A DNA stretch of 63,871 nucleotides, filler included. It is 5 parts of 5 records of this genome, joined end to end, with 100 filler letters (N's around TTAATTAATTAA, not from the genome) between each part and the next. Parts side by side here need not be neighbours in the genome. Positions count along the whole stretch, not along the records: positions 36,248 to 49,598 come from SRR20825006_154; positions 49,699 to 57,655 come from SRR20825006_190; 3 more parts are not named here. One strand, 5' to 3'. The translations under genes and the position numbers were made by a program. Every line of letters begins with the position of its first letter. Positions within the stretch are counted from its first letter, which is position 1. The notes beneath the pieces are model-generated. The model did no database searches. It was not told where the DNA came from and saw nothing but the letters and a program-made list of their open reading frames with translations. This document shows, piece after piece, positions 38,724 to 49,880 of the stretch.

Positions 38724-41243
38724 ATGAAAAACTTAGCATCCTATATTTTAGTTTTCTTTTTATTATTAGTAAAATCTAATTTTGCCCAAGATGTTATTCA
38801 TGGAAGTATACAAGACAAAGAAACTAAAACCCCACTCCCCTTTGCAACTATAGTTGCAAAGGAGAACAATACGGTTTCTAATTTGGACGGTAAATTTTCA
38901 ATTGAGATTGCTAACAATAATCAAAAGTTATTAGTTAGCTACGTAGGTTATAAGCCAAAAGAAGTAACAGAATTGAATGACAATCTAGTTATTCAACTTG
39001 AAAAAAATATTGAAAAGTTAGATGAAGTTGTTCTTCAGCAGCAAAAAGTAAACAATGCTAATACAATCATTAAAAAAGCTATTGTAAATAGGCAGAAAAA
39101 TAACCCAGAAGACGTTTTAAACACATTCAATTATAGAAGCTATAGCAAATTAATTATTACGGCCGATAAAGATTCTATAAATGGAACTATCGATTCTATT
39201 TTTAGAGTGAAGAAAAAAGGATTGAAGTTTAAGAAAATAGATTCCACCAATTATCAGCTTAAAAAGCAACTAGAAAAATCTCATTTATACATTTTAGAAA
39301 AAGCTTCAAATTTTTTATTCTCAAAACATCGAGGAAAAAGAGAAACTATACTTGGAACACACATGGCTGGATTAAGCAAACCTATTTATGAGGTGCTTGC
39401 TTTAGAAATGCAATCTTTTTCTTTTTATAAAAATCATTATAAAGTTTTCGGAACCGAATTTGTAAGTCCACTAGGAGAGTCTGCATTAAAAACATATAAT
39501 TACAAAATTTTAGACACCGTTGTAGAGCAAAACAGAGAAGGCTATTTGGTACATTATTACCCAAAAGAGGACAAAGAAAAGATAGCCTTGGAGGGGGTAT
39601 TATATATAGATAGAGAAAGTTATGCCTTACAAAAAACCATCTCACAACTAAATGCTTCGATAGACGTACAAGCGGTTCAAAATTACACCTACTTTCCAAA
39701 AGAAAACATTTGGTTTCCTACAAATAACAAAGTGGTAGTTGGAAAAGGAGATAACAATAATGTAGTAAACCTTTTTGGGACACTAAGAATTGCATCCAGC
39801 TCTAAAATGGAAGACTCCACTTTTGTTAGTACAAATCCAGATGATATTACAAAACACATTTATCTAACTTCAGAAACCAACAATTTTGAAATTAGATTAA
39901 ACAGTCCTGTTACTATTGAAAGAAGAGGCACTGCAATTGAACTTGTAGATGTAGCCTCAGAACGAGATGAAGAATTTTGGAAAACCTATAGAACTAAACC
40001 AATTTCAGAAAAAGAAAAAGAAACCTATACTGCTGTTGACAGCCTAGTAGCAGCCAATAATTACGAGAAAAAATTATCATTTATTAGAAAAGCTGCAGTA
40101 GGGTACGTAAGTACAAAATACATAGATTTTGACTATAAATCCTTATTGAAATTTAACCGTTACGAAGGTTTTAGAATAGGGATGAGTGCGGTTACAAATA
40201 ATAATTTTTCTAATAAATATAAGATTCATGGATATGGAGCTTACGGAACCAAAGATGGTAATTTTAAATATGGTTTTGGAGCAGAAAGAAGATTAGACAA
40301 ATATGACGATACTAGAATTGGAATTAATTACAAAGACGATTTAGTAGAAACTGGAAGCTTAACTTTTATAACAGACGGAAGAGCCTTTTACCTATTTGAA
40401 CCTCGCCTTTTTAATTTGAGTCAATTTCATAAGGTAAACGATATTAGCACCTACATGACTCACGATTTCACCCCAAAATTAAGCTCTAAATTACAATTAT
40501 CTCATCAAGATGTAAAACCTACTTACAAATATACATTTACCAATGACGGAAAAACGTATGAAAGCTATCAAACAAGCTCGATTACAGCTTCCATACAATG
40601 GAATCCGTTTAATAAATACATGCAAACTAATACAGGAAAAGTAGTTATTGAGAATAACTATCCCCAATTTACTATCCAAACTACACAAGCGTTAAGAAAC
40701 ATTTTTGATAGCGATTTAAGTTTTTCTAAAATATCCATGCGGGTTATGCATGAAATTAGTCCGCTTAACATGGGCAAAACAACATTCCTATTTGTTGGAG
40801 GAATTGGCTTTGGAGATTTGCCAATTACAGAATTATACAACACCTCTCCAAACCAACCAGATGGAGAACATATTTTAAATAGATTTTCGGTAGCTGGACG
40901 CGATAGCTTTGAAACCATGTATTTTAACGAATTCTTTTCGGATAGATACGCAGTTGCTCAAGCAAAACATTATTTCAAACGCTTTAATATTACCGATAAA
41001 TTTAGACCAGAATTAGTTTTAATCTCCCGCTTTGCAATTGGAAATATTTCTGAAAGACAACAACATGAGGGTATTGAGTTTAGCTCTTTAGAAAATGGAT
41101 ACTTAGAGAGCGGTCTAGAAGTAAATAAAATTCTTAAAGGATTTGGATTAAACTTTATGTATAGATACGGCGCATACCATTTACCAAATTTTGACGATAA
41201 TATCTCCTTTAAGTTTACCTACTATTTTACTTTAGGTTTTTAG
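38724..41243 (+). CDS. DUF5686 / carboxypeptidase-like regulatory domain outer-membrane protein
   Basis: Signal peptide, PLPFAT...SYVGY...LDEV N-domain, FNRYEGFR, C-terminal Phe. Confidence 0.8.
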   Translation: MKNLASYILVFFLLLVKSNFAQDVIHGSIQDKETKTPLPFATIVAKENNTVSNLDGKFSIEIANNNQKLLVSYVGYKPKEVTELNDNLVIQLEKNIEKLDEVVLQQQKVNNANTIIKKAIVNRQKNNPEDVLNTFNYRSYSKLIITADKDSINGTIDSIFRVKKKGLKFKKIDSTNYQLKKQLEKSHLYILEKASNFLFSKHRGKRETILGTHMAGLSKPIYEVLALEMQSFSFYKNHYKVFGTEFVSPLGESALKTYNYKILDTVVEQNREGYLVHYYPKEDKEKIALEGVLYIDRESYALQKTISQLNASIDVQAVQNYTYFPKENIWFPTNNKVVVGKGDNNNVVNLFGTLRIASSSKMEDSTFVSTNPDDITKHIYLTSETNNFEIRLNSPVTIERRGTAIELVDVASERDEEFWKTYRTKPISEKEKETYTAVDSLVAANNYEKKLSFIRKAAVGYVSTKYIDFDYKSLLKFNRYEGFRIGMSAVTNNNFSNKYKIHGYGAYGTKDGNFKYGFGAERRLDKYDDTRIGINYKDDLVETGSLTFITDGRAFYLFEPRLFNLSQFHKVNDISTYMTHDFTPKLSSKLQLSHQDVKPTYKYTFTNDGKTYESYQTSSITASIQWNPFNKYMQTNTGKVVIENNYPQFTIQTTQALRNIFDSDLSFSKISMRVMHEISPLNMGKTTFLFVGGIGFGDLPITELYNTSPNQPDGEHILNRFSVAGRDSFETMYFNEFFSDRYAVAQAKHYFKRFNITDKFRPELVLISRFAIGNISERQQHEGIEFSSLENGYLESGLEVNKILKGFGLNFMYRYGAYHLPNFDDNISFKFTYYFTLGF

Positions 41244-41288
41244 GCACATTCGCAGAGGTTCTTTACCTTTGCATGGAAATTTTTTTTG

Positions 41289-43673
41289 ATGATAAACAAG
41301 ATCAGTAAAGGCTTTTGGAAGAAAACGGCGAGAATAATTCTCCGCAATCGTATTATTATTTTATTGATTCTTCTTGGAATCACTGTTTTTCTAGCCATGC
41401 AATGGAAAAACATGCGCTTTACTTTTACGGAAGCAAATTTACTCCCAGACCATCACCCTGTTAACGTTGAGTACAATAAATTTTTAGATACTTTCGGCGA
41501 AGAAGGAAATTTAATTATAATTGCTGTAAAAGACAGTAATTTATTCACTCCAGAAAATTTTAACGAATGGAATAAATTAAGCAAACAACTTCAAGCAAAA
41601 CCAGAAGTTGATGCAGTTATTTCAACAGAAAGCCTCCAAAAACTTGTAAAAAATACCGAAAAACACCAATTTGAATTAGAACCTTTAATTAAAAACGAAT
41701 TAAAGAATAAAGCTGAAGTAGACAGCATTAAAGATGAACTTTTCTTAAAACTCCCGTTTTACGAAAGTTTACTTTTCAATAAAAACACACACACTATAAG
41801 AACTGCTATTTATATTGATAAAGAAATAGTAAACACCAGTGTTCGAAAAGATTTTGTAATTAATGATTTTGAACCATTAATAGACGATTTCGAAGCTAAA
41901 ACTGGACTGGATGTTAAAGTATCTGGAATGCCATACATCCGAACTTTAAACTCTCAAAGTATCATAGACGAAATTAGCATGTTTATTGGTGCTGCCTTAG
42001 GAGTTACCTCTCTTATTTTCTTTTTCTTTTTTAGATCCTTTAGAGCAACTTTTATCTCCATGATAGTTGTAATTATAGGTGTAATGTGGGCATTTGGGAT
42101 TTTAGGTTTATTACACTATGAAATTACCGTTTTAACAGCATTGATCCCTCCTTTAATAATTGTAATTGGGATTCCCAACTGTATATTCCTCATTAATAAG
42201 TATCAGCAGGAAGTTCAAAAACATGGAAATCAAGCAAAGTCTTTACAGCGGGTAATTTCAAATGTAGGTAATGCAACATTAATGACCAATATTACCACAG
42301 CGGCTGGTTTTGCTACTTTTATTATTACTGAAAGTAAACTTTTAAAAGAATTTGGTATTGTTGCCTCTCTAAACATTTTTGCAATTTTTGTTTTATCGTT
42401 ACTGATAATTCCAATTATCTATAGCTTTATGCCTCTACCTAAAACGAAGCATTTAAAGCACCTAAACACAAAATGGATCAACACTTTTGTGGGATGGATG
42501 GAAAATTCAGTTCGTAACCATAGAATTGCTGTATTTATAATATCGTTAATAGCTTTAATTGGTAGCATTATCGGAATATACCAAATTAGAATTTCAGGGA
42601 GTTTAATAGAAGACATGCCTCAAGATGCTGCCTTTTTTGATGATATTCGCTTTTTTGAAAAAGAATTTGACGGAATCCTTCCTGTTGAAATTATGGTAGA
42701 CACCAAAAGAAAAAATGGGGTTTTAAAACTTACCACACTTCGTAGAATGGAAGAGTTGGAAACCCTTATAAAAGAAATTCCAGAACTTTCCGATCCTATT
42801 TCTGTTACCAACTTGGTAAAATACTCCAAACAGGCATATTACAACGGAAATCCAAATTACTACCAATTACCAAATAATCAGGAAAATACTTTTATCCTTT
42901 CTTACGCAAAAAAATCGGCTAATAACGCAGATTTACTTAAGAGTTTTGTGGACTCTACAGGACAAATAGCTAGAATTACCACTTTTATGCAGGACATAGG
43001 TACCGATAAAATGGAAGGCATAGAAGCAGATTTATGGAAAAAAATACACAAAGTTTTACCTCAAGACAGATATGACGTTACATTAACAGGAAAAGCATTG
43101 GTTTTTATGAAAGGAACAAAATATTTGGTAAAGAATTTAGTAATGTCTTTAGCGTTGGCTATTTTCCTTATCTCTCTTTTTATGGCCTATATGTTTAGGT
43201 CTTTTAAAATGATTATTGTTTCACTAATTCCAAATATATTACCCCTTATTATTACTGCTGGTATGATGGGCTTCTTAGGAATTCCTATCAAACCTTCAAC
43301 TATTTTAGTATTTAGTGTAGCTTTTGGAATTTCTGTGGATGATACCATTCACTTCTTAGCAAAGTATAGACAAGAACTTACAAAAAGTCACTGGAACATT
43401 AGAAAATCTGTTTATAATGCCCTACGCGAAACAGGCGTTAGTATGTTCTATACTTCTATTGTACTCTTCTTTGGATTTTCTGTATTTATGCTAAGTAGTT
43501 TTGGAGGCACAAAAGCTCTTGGAGGCTTAGTTTCCTTTACACTTTTAATTGCCATGCTAGCCAATTTAATACTTCTTCCTGCATTATTATTGGCTTTAGA
43601 AAGAAATATTGCAAACAAGCAAGTGCTTAAAAAGCCAAATATAGATGTACTTCCCAAAAGCAGTAAAGAATAA
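41289..43673 (+). CDS. MMPL/RND family transporter
   Basis: Two TM bundles with periplasmic loops, GISVDDTIHF. Confidence 0.9.
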   Translation: MINKISKGFWKKTARIILRNRIIILLILLGITVFLAMQWKNMRFTFTEANLLPDHHPVNVEYNKFLDTFGEEGNLIIIAVKDSNLFTPENFNEWNKLSKQLQAKPEVDAVISTESLQKLVKNTEKHQFELEPLIKNELKNKAEVDSIKDELFLKLPFYESLLFNKNTHTIRTAIYIDKEIVNTSVRKDFVINDFEPLIDDFEAKTGLDVKVSGMPYIRTLNSQSIIDEISMFIGAALGVTSLIFFFFFRSFRATFISMIVVIIGVMWAFGILGLLHYEITVLTALIPPLIIVIGIPNCIFLINKYQQEVQKHGNQAKSLQRVISNVGNATLMTNITTAAGFATFIITESKLLKEFGIVASLNIFAIFVLSLLIIPIIYSFMPLPKTKHLKHLNTKWINTFVGWMENSVRNHRIAVFIISLIALIGSIIGIYQIRISGSLIEDMPQDAAFFDDIRFFEKEFDGILPVEIMVDTKRKNGVLKLTTLRRMEELETLIKEIPELSDPISVTNLVKYSKQAYYNGNPNYYQLPNNQENTFILSYAKKSANNADLLKSFVDSTGQIARITTFMQDIGTDKMEGIEADLWKKIHKVLPQDRYDVTLTGKALVFMKGTKYLVKNLVMSLALAIFLISLFMAYMFRSFKMIIVSLIPNILPLIITAGMMGFLGIPIKPSTILVFSVAFGISVDDTIHFLAKYRQELTKSHWNIRKSVYNALRETGVSMFYTSIVLFFGFSVFMLSSFGGTKALGGLVSFTLLIAMLANLILLPALLLALERNIANKQVLKKPNIDVLPKSSKE

Positions 43674-43695
43674 AATATATTAAAAATTTATACCA

Positions 43696-43737
43696 ATAAA
43701 TCCCCATTTGTATTAGCATCAAATGGGGATTTTATTT
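43696..43737 (+). terminator. Intrinsic terminator
   Basis: AATAAATCCCCATTTG...CAAATGGGGATTTTATT. Confidence 0.75.
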
Positions 43738-43767
43738 TAGATAATCATTTAATCATAATGTATTTAC

Positions 43768-43877
43768 AAAAAAAAGTCTGCCGAAAACAAAGTTTCCGAA
43801 CAGACTTTAAGGTTCCCCCAAACCTACATTCTTATATATTTTTATTGTGTCTTTTAAGACAGCGTATGCACTATTTT
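43768..43877 (-). ncRNA. Candidate small RNA of about 110 nt
   Basis: TATATTTG -7 promoter motif (43888-43881), two small hairpins, strong terminator with T8, no ORF. Confidence 0.5.
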
Positions 43878-44143
43878 CTACAAATATATCAAATTAATAT
43901 AATAGCATAAAAGGGTTTTTATCCCTTTTTTTGTCCTACAAAAATTATCTTAAAATTTATAGGCTTATGTTAAATGTACGAAAAAATTTGATTTGTTCTA
44001 CATCATTAATATTTAATTTTCTTGCATTTAACAAAAGAATAATGTTATGGTACAAATATTTTTAAGAATCAAAGCTACAATGCTTATAATTAATAGGTTT
44101 AAAATTTTATCTTTGTGCCCACAATTATTTGATGTAACCCATA

Positions 44144-45577
44144 ATGAAATTAGATAACATTAAAGAACTGCTTGGTGGTGAGAAATTACTTCAAGAAGTT
44201 AGCGTTAAAGGATGGATTCGAACTTTTAGAAGCAATCGTTTTATTGCACTAAACGATGGTTCCACAATAAATAACATTCAATGTGTTGTTGACTTTGAAA
44301 ATATTTCAGAAAAAATATTAAAACAACTTAATACTGGAGCAGCAGTTAGCATAAACGGAACGCTTGTTGAGAGCCAAGGAAAAGGGCAAAATGTAGAAAT
44401 CCAAGTTAAAGACATTGCTATTTTAGGAGAATCTAATCCGGAAGAATATCCTATTCAGCCAAAAAAGCACTCCTTAGAATTCCTTAGAGAGAAAGCGCAT
44501 CTTAGAGTTAGAACAAGCACTTTTAGTGCTATTATGCGTGTTCGTTCTTCTTTATCGTTTGCTGTACATCAATATTTCAATCAGAATGGGTTTAATTATG
44601 TTCATACCCCTATTATTACAGGTTCTGATGCTGAAGGCGCTGGAGAAATGTTTAGAGTTTCTACCCTAGACATTAAAAACCCTCCGCTCACAGATAACAA
44701 AGAAATTGATTTTAAAGAAGATTTCTTCGGAAAAGAGACAAATCTTACCGTTTCTGGTCAATTAGAAGCCGAAACATATGCAATGGGATTAGGGAAAGTT
44801 TATACTTTTGGCCCTACTTTTAGAGCAGAAAACTCAAATACTTCTAGACACTTGGCAGAATTCTGGATGATTGAACCAGAAGTTGCTTTTCTAGATTTAG
44901 ACGGCAATATGGATCTTGCTGAAGATTTTATAAAGTATGTTATTAAATATGCGCTAGATAACTGTAAAGATGATTTAGAATTTCTAGAGCAACGTTTATT
45001 ACAAGAAGAAAAAACAAAGCCGCAAGCAGAAAGAAGTGAAATGACGCTTACAGAAAAGCTACATTTTGTAATAGACAACAACTTTAAGCGTGTAAGCTAT
45101 ACAGAAGCTATAGAAATATTAAAAAATTCTAAGCCTAATAAAAAGAAAAAATTCAACTATATTATTGAAGAGTGGGGTGCGGATTTACAAAGTGAGCATG
45201 AACGCTATCTTGTAGAGAAACATTTTAAAACTCCAGTAATTTTATTTGATTACCCTGCAGACATAAAGGCTTTTTATATGAGAGCCAATGAAGATGGGAA
45301 AACGGTTAGAGCAATGGACATTCTCTTCCCTGGTATTGGAGAAATTGTTGGTGGCGCCCAAAGAGAAGAACGTTATGATGTTTTAAAAGAAAAAGTGGAA
45401 GCCATGGGAATTGATGAAAAAGAGCTTTGGTGGTACCTAGAACTTAGAAAATTTGGAACGGCAACACACAGTGGGTTCGGACTTGGATTTGAGCGTTTAG
45501 TGTTATTTGCAACAGGAATGACAAACATTAGAGACGTAATTCCTTTCCCTAGAACACCACAAAACGCCGAATTTTAG
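44144..45577 (+). CDS. asnS: Asparagine--tRNA ligase
   Basis: [39 protein letters not shown]. Confidence 0.97.
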   Translation: MKLDNIKELLGGEKLLQEVSVKGWIRTFRSNRFIALNDGSTINNIQCVVDFENISEKILKQLNTGAAVSINGTLVESQGKGQNVEIQVKDIAILGESNPEEYPIQPKKHSLEFLREKAHLRVRTSTFSAIMRVRSSLSFAVHQYFNQNGFNYVHTPIITGSDAEGAGEMFRVSTLDIKNPPLTDNKEIDFKEDFFGKETNLTVSGQLEAETYAMGLGKVYTFGPTFRAENSNTSRHLAEFWMIEPEVAFLDLDGNMDLAEDFIKYVIKYALDNCKDDLEFLEQRLLQEEKTKPQAERSEMTLTEKLHFVIDNNFKRVSYTEAIEILKNSKPNKKKKFNYIIEEWGADLQSEHERYLVEKHFKTPVILFDYPADIKAFYMRANEDGKTVRAMDILFPGIGEIVGGAQREERYDVLKEKVEAMGIDEKELWWYLELRKFGTATHSGFGLGFERLVLFATGMTNIRDVIPFPRTPQNAEF

Positions 45578-45601
45578 AATAAATTAACAGTAAACAGTAA
45601 T

Positions 45602-45642
45602 AAAACTAGCATATGAACACATTTCATATAGCTAGTTTTTTT
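45602..45642 (+). terminator. Intrinsic terminator
   Basis: AAAACTAGC-ATATGAA...TTCATAT-A-GCTAGTTTT. Confidence 0.65.
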
Positions 45643-45668
45643 ATTTTTATATAAAGGTTAAAAAATAT

Positions 45669-47126
45669 ATGCTAAAGCAGCAGTTACAATTTAAATTATC
45701 GCAGAAATTATCTCCGCAGCAGATTCAATTAATGAAATTGATTCAACTGCCTACACAAGCTTTTGAACAGCGTTTAAAACAAGAGCTTGAAGAAAATCCT
45801 GCATTAGAAAGTGGTAAGGATGATAATGATTTTGAGAATGACGATATCGATAATTCACAGCAAGACGATTACGACAACGAATCTATAAATGCTGAAGATA
45901 TAAATGTAGACGAATATTTAAGTGACGATGAAGTGCCAGAATATAGGCTCCAAGCAAATAATTACAGTAGTGATGACGACGAAAAATCGGTTCCATACGC
46001 TGCGGGAACTTCTTTTCATCAGCATTTATTAAACCAGTTAAATACTTTTAGACTGAATGATGAAGAACGTGATATTGCTGAATTTTTAGTAGGAAGTGTA
46101 GATGAGAGCGGTTACATCCGAAGAGCAATACCAGACATAGTAGACGATCTTGCCTTTACTCAGAATGTATTTACAGAAGAAAAACAAGTAGAACGAATCC
46201 TTCATATAACACAACAATTAGATCCTGCTGGGGTTTGCGCCAGAAACCTTCAAGAATGTTTATTAATTCAACTTGAAAGAAAAGAACCTACACAAAGTGT
46301 AGATCTTGCTTATGAAATATTAGACAAATCTTTTGAACAGTTTACAAAAAAGCACTACACCCGTCTAATTCAAAAATACGATATCACTGAAGAAGAACTC
46401 AGAGACGCAATACATGAAATAGAGCGTCTAAACCCAAAACCGGGAGGCTCTTATTCTGGAAATAATAGAATTGTAGAACATGTAGTCCCAGATTTTAACA
46501 TTAGAATTGTTGACGGAGAACTAGAGCTAACATTAAACGGAAGAAACGCTCCAGAGCTTCATGTGTCTAGAGAATATAATAATATGCTGAAAGGCTATAA
46601 AGACACTAAAACTAAGTCAAAATCTCAAAAAGATGCCGTTCAGTTTATCAAACAAAAATTAGATGCTGCAAAGTGGTTTATAGACGCTATTAAACAACGT
46701 CAAGAAACGCTTTATGTAACTATGAATTGCATTATGCATTATCAAGAAGAATATTTTTTAACAGGAGACGAACGCAAACTTCGCCCTATGATTTTAAAAG
46801 ATATTGCCGATACAATTGGAATGGATGTTTCTACTGTTTCTAGAGTTGCAAACAGTAAATATGTAGACACTCCTTACGGGACTAAACTAATAAAAGAATT
46901 TTTCTCTGAATCAATGAAAAATGATGAAGGGGAAGATGTTTCCACTAGAGAAATTAAAAAAATATTAGAAACTGTAATTAATGAAGAAGAGAAAAGAAAA
47001 CCCCTAACCGACGATAAGTTAGCTGCTATTTTAAAAGAAAAAGGATATCCAATTGCAAGAAGAACTGTAGCTAAATACAGAGAGCAACTCCACATCCCTG
47101 TTGCGCGTCTAAGAAAAGAAATTTAA
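45669..47126 (+). CDS. rpoN: RNA polymerase sigma-54 factor
   Basis: Q/L-rich region I, ENPALE, STVSR HTH, RpoN box ARRTVAKYRE. Confidence 0.97.
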   Translation: MLKQQLQFKLSQKLSPQQIQLMKLIQLPTQAFEQRLKQELEENPALESGKDDNDFENDDIDNSQQDDYDNESINAEDINVDEYLSDDEVPEYRLQANNYSSDDDEKSVPYAAGTSFHQHLLNQLNTFRLNDEERDIAEFLVGSVDESGYIRRAIPDIVDDLAFTQNVFTEEKQVERILHITQQLDPAGVCARNLQECLLIQLERKEPTQSVDLAYEILDKSFEQFTKKHYTRLIQKYDITEEELRDAIHEIERLNPKPGGSYSGNNRIVEHVVPDFNIRIVDGELELTLNGRNAPELHVSREYNNMLKGYKDTKTKSKSQKDAVQFIKQKLDAAKWFIDAIKQRQETLYVTMNCIMHYQEEYFLTGDERKLRPMILKDIADTIGMDVSTVSRVANSKYVDTPYGTKLIKEFFSESMKNDEGEDVSTREIKKILETVINEEEKRKPLTDDKLAAILKEKGYPIARRTVAKYREQLHIPVARLRKEI

Positions 47127-47731
47127 TGCGAATATTTTCAAAATTAATTAGTCATATTTTTAATCCCTTATTCTTTCCGCTAGCAGGTTCGATTCTTTAT
47201 TTTTTTATCACCCCAAAATTTAACCCGCCCGAAGCTAAGCGATTAATATTACTTGCTATTTTAATATTAACAGTAATAATTCCTTTTATATTTTTCTTAC
47301 TGCTAAGAAATTTAGGATGGATTACAAATAACGGACTGACTCATATTAAAGAACGGAAGATTCCTCTTTACATTTTCATTATAGTAATTTACATCACAAT
47401 AATGAAAATTACTACGTTTGATTTTTCAATTGAGTTGTATTATTACTTTATTGGCATTTTAGGAGCTCTTTTAAGCTGTTTAATAATGATTTACTTCAAT
47501 TTCAAAGCAAGTATGCATATGATGGGAATTTGCGGCTTAACAACCTTTATCTTAGGCTTGTCTTTTCATTATGAAATAAACATTACCTTAGGGTTATCAC
47601 TATTAGTTTTAATTACTGGAATAGTAGCTACCGCAAGACTCTATTTAAAATCTCATACGTATCCAGAAATCATTATAGGATGTTTTATAGGTGTTATTAC
47701 CCAATTCTTAACCTTTGGATACTGGCTATAA
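47126..47731 (+). CDS. Conserved membrane protein (PAP2-like C-terminus)
   Basis: Six TM segments, KASMHM, ARLYLKSH. Confidence 0.7.
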   Translation: MRIFSKLISHIFNPLFFPLAGSILYFFITPKFNPPEAKRLILLAILILTVIIPFIFFLLLRNLGWITNNGLTHIKERKIPLYIFIIVIYITIMKITTFDFSIELYYYFIGILGALLSCLIMIYFNFKASMHMMGICGLTTFILGLSFHYEINITLGLSLLVLITGIVATARLYLKSHTYPEIIIGCFIGVITQFLTFGYWL

Positions 47732-48421
47732 AATATAGAAGATTAATCCTGCTTTAAAGATTTGAGTATCCATTAAATCTCCGTCAATTGTATAGGTATT
47801 ATCTTCAAAAATATTAGAAAGATCATATTGCGCATAGAAGTTCCAGGTATTATACCCAAAACTAAAATAAACACCATATTGCATATCTCTAATATCTTTA
47901 TTGGAAAATTTTATGGTTTCTGTATCAGCAACAAATTTTGAATTTCCGGAGATTAAGTAAGAAAGTTTTATTCCAGAATAAATTCGCCAAAATCTATAAT
48001 CATCTGCTTTAGAAGAACGCCAACGAAACTCAATTGGAAATTCAACAAAATTCATGGTAAGGTTATTTCTATTGTAAGAAATATCGTCTGGAACTATTTG
48101 ATAAGATATACTTCCATTATCTGCTTGAGTAGCTAATAAATCGCTATAAATAGCATTAAAAGATAATCCTACACCAATTCCAAATCCAATATTACGTCTT
48201 TTATTGATAGGGATATCTTTAATAAAACCACCCATAATACCATAAGAAAAACTACTTTGACTAGCATTATCTGGAGCACTTACTAAAAGATTGTAATTAA
48301 TTCCGAAGTAAAACTGATCTTCTACATACTTATCGTCTGGTTCTACAACAAAAAGAGAATCTTGTTGCGCCCATATTATAGAGTTTAAAAACAACAGAAA
48401 AAGGAAAACTATACGCTTCAA
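47726..48421 (-). CDS. Outer-membrane beta-barrel (porin family) protein
   Basis: Signal peptide, EDQFY, EFPIEFRWR, C-terminal GLIFYIL. Confidence 0.8.
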   Translation of the reverse strand: MKRIVFLFLLFLNSIIWAQQDSLFVVEPDDKYVEDQFYFGINYNLLVSAPDNASQSSFSYGIMGGFIKDIPINKRRNIGFGIGVGLSFNAIYSDLLATQADNGSISYQIVPDDISYNRNNLTMNFVEFPIEFRWRSSKADDYRFWRIYSGIKLSYLISGNSKFVADTETIKFSNKDIRDMQYGVYFSFGYNTWNFYAQYDLSNIFEDNTYTIDGDLMDTQIFKAGLIFYIL

Positions 48422-48483
48422 TGAAAACTAATTTAAACTTATGTAGCAGTAAAGGTAATAGAAAAAGGAATTGTATTGAAGAT

Positions 48484-48520
48484 AAAAAGCGCTTCAAATC
48501 TAAAGATAGAAGCGCTTTTT
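48484..48520 (-). terminator. Intrinsic terminator after exbD
   Basis: AAAAAGCGCTTC...GAAGCGCTTTTT. Confidence 0.75.
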
Positions 48521-48544
48521 AAATATAAGTTTAACTGAAATGGA

Positions 48545-49027
48545 TTATTTCAAGTTTTGAAAAGCAGTACCACCTCTGGTAGTATAGTTAATTTTTAATG
48601 CATTAACTTTTCTCAATTCTTGTTTAATATCCGATACGAGTCCCATATTGGTTTCGTTATCAACTTTCAAAGCAGTTGTAAGTACATTTTGTAACTCTTC
48701 ACGCTTTGAAGCTCTCTCAGCAAGTACGTAGTTTGCTACCTCAGAAACATCTGCAAATTTATCATTTAACTGAATTTTTGCTGCTGTTCCAAATTTATCT
48801 TGGTAACGAGGACTAGGTTTACCTGCATAGATATAAATTACCCTGTCTTTTTTATCAAGTTTTTGAACTTGATCAGCATAAGGCAATTCATTTTTAATCA
48901 TAAGGGAACTATCTTTCATTGTGGTAACGGTCATGAAGAAAAATAACAACATGAAAACGATATCCGGCAATGATGCGGTTGAAACCGCTGGTAAATCCCC
49001 TTTCTTTTTCTTTGTGAATTTTGCCAT
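48545..49027 (-). CDS. exbD: ExbD/TolR family protein
   Basis: SLPDIVFMLLFFFMTVT TM helix with conserved Asp. Confidence 0.9.
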   Translation of the reverse strand: MAKFTKKKKGDLPAVSTASLPDIVFMLLFFFMTVTTMKDSSLMIKNELPYADQVQKLDKKDRVIYIYAGKPSPRYQDKFGTAAKIQLNDKFADVSEVANYVLAERASKREELQNVLTTALKVDNETNMGLVSDIKQELRKVNALKINYTTRGGTAFQNLK

Positions 49028-49047
49028 AATAGCTTATACTAATTTAA

Positions 49048-49598
49048 TTAGTTATTTTTTGGTTCAGCCTCAGATAATTTTTGAGGATACATTTTCTGAA
49101 TACGCTCTAACTTTGGTTTCAGATCATCTTTAATAGCGTCTGAAGTTTTAGGATCTAAATAAGTATCATTCATTTCCGTAAAATCTCTACCATAAAGTCT
49201 TTGCGCTTCTCTGTTTCTCAATTGATTATATGCAGCTACCAATTCATTTTGTACTGCTATATATGTCCCATACTCTGTCAATCTATCATTCTGCAAAGAG
49301 ATGATAGCTTTACTAGGGTGATCTGAAGACTCAGGATTTTTTGGGCCTTGACAATAGTCGCAAGACTCTCCTTTTTCTCCTGTACCTCCACCATTATCCA
49401 AAAATTTTACAGCAGCTTCGCGAAGGTTCTTAAGATCCATCACTTCTTCTTCTACAAGTAAGTCGTTATTTTTATTAACAACTACCGTAAAAATATTTTT
49501 CTGCTTAATAATTGGCGGATTTTCTGGCGGCTCGATTGGTGGCAACTTACGATCTAATCCTGCATCTGTTTCAATGGTAGTTGTTACCAAGAAAAAGA
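49048..49598 (-). CDS. exbD: ExbD/TolR family protein (5' truncated)
   Basis: FFLVTTTI...RKLPP, IISLQNDR...Y; tandem with the other exbD. Confidence 0.85.
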
Positions 49599-49698
49599 NN
49601 NNNNNNNNNNNNNNNNNNNNNNNNNNNNNNNNNNNNNNNNNNTTAATTAATTAANNNNNNNNNNNNNNNNNNNNNNNNNNNNNNNNNNNNNNNNNNNN
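49599..49698. other. Artificial contig linker
   Basis: Same spacer. Confidence 0.98.
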
Positions 49699-49794
49699 TT
49701 CCAATTTAGGAAATACAAAATATCCCTCTGCCTGAGAAGCCCATTTTCCTAATGGCCCTTTGTTCTCAATAATCCTATCAAATAAATCTCTCAT
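49699..49794 (-). CDS. N-terminal 32 aa of an alpha-oxoamine synthase (class I/II PLP fold), probable cysteate-fatty acyltransferase CapB; truncated
   Basis: MRDLFDRIIENKGPLGKWASQAEGYFVFPKLE, recognised as the N-terminus of the flavobacterial AONS/SPT-like enzyme; missing from the ORF track; TACTTTTG promoter motif upstream. Confidence 0.72.
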
Positions 49795-49880
49795 GTAAAT
49801 GGAGTTTCTTTTATGTTCAAATAAACGTTAAATTTACAGCACGCAAAAGTAACTAAATTTAAACTCTTATCATAAATTTT

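Noticed and set aside
36249-49598. tsf-pyrH-frr, asnS-rpoN and tandem exbD as novel arrangements
   Set aside because: Ordinary Flavobacteriaceae core gene order.
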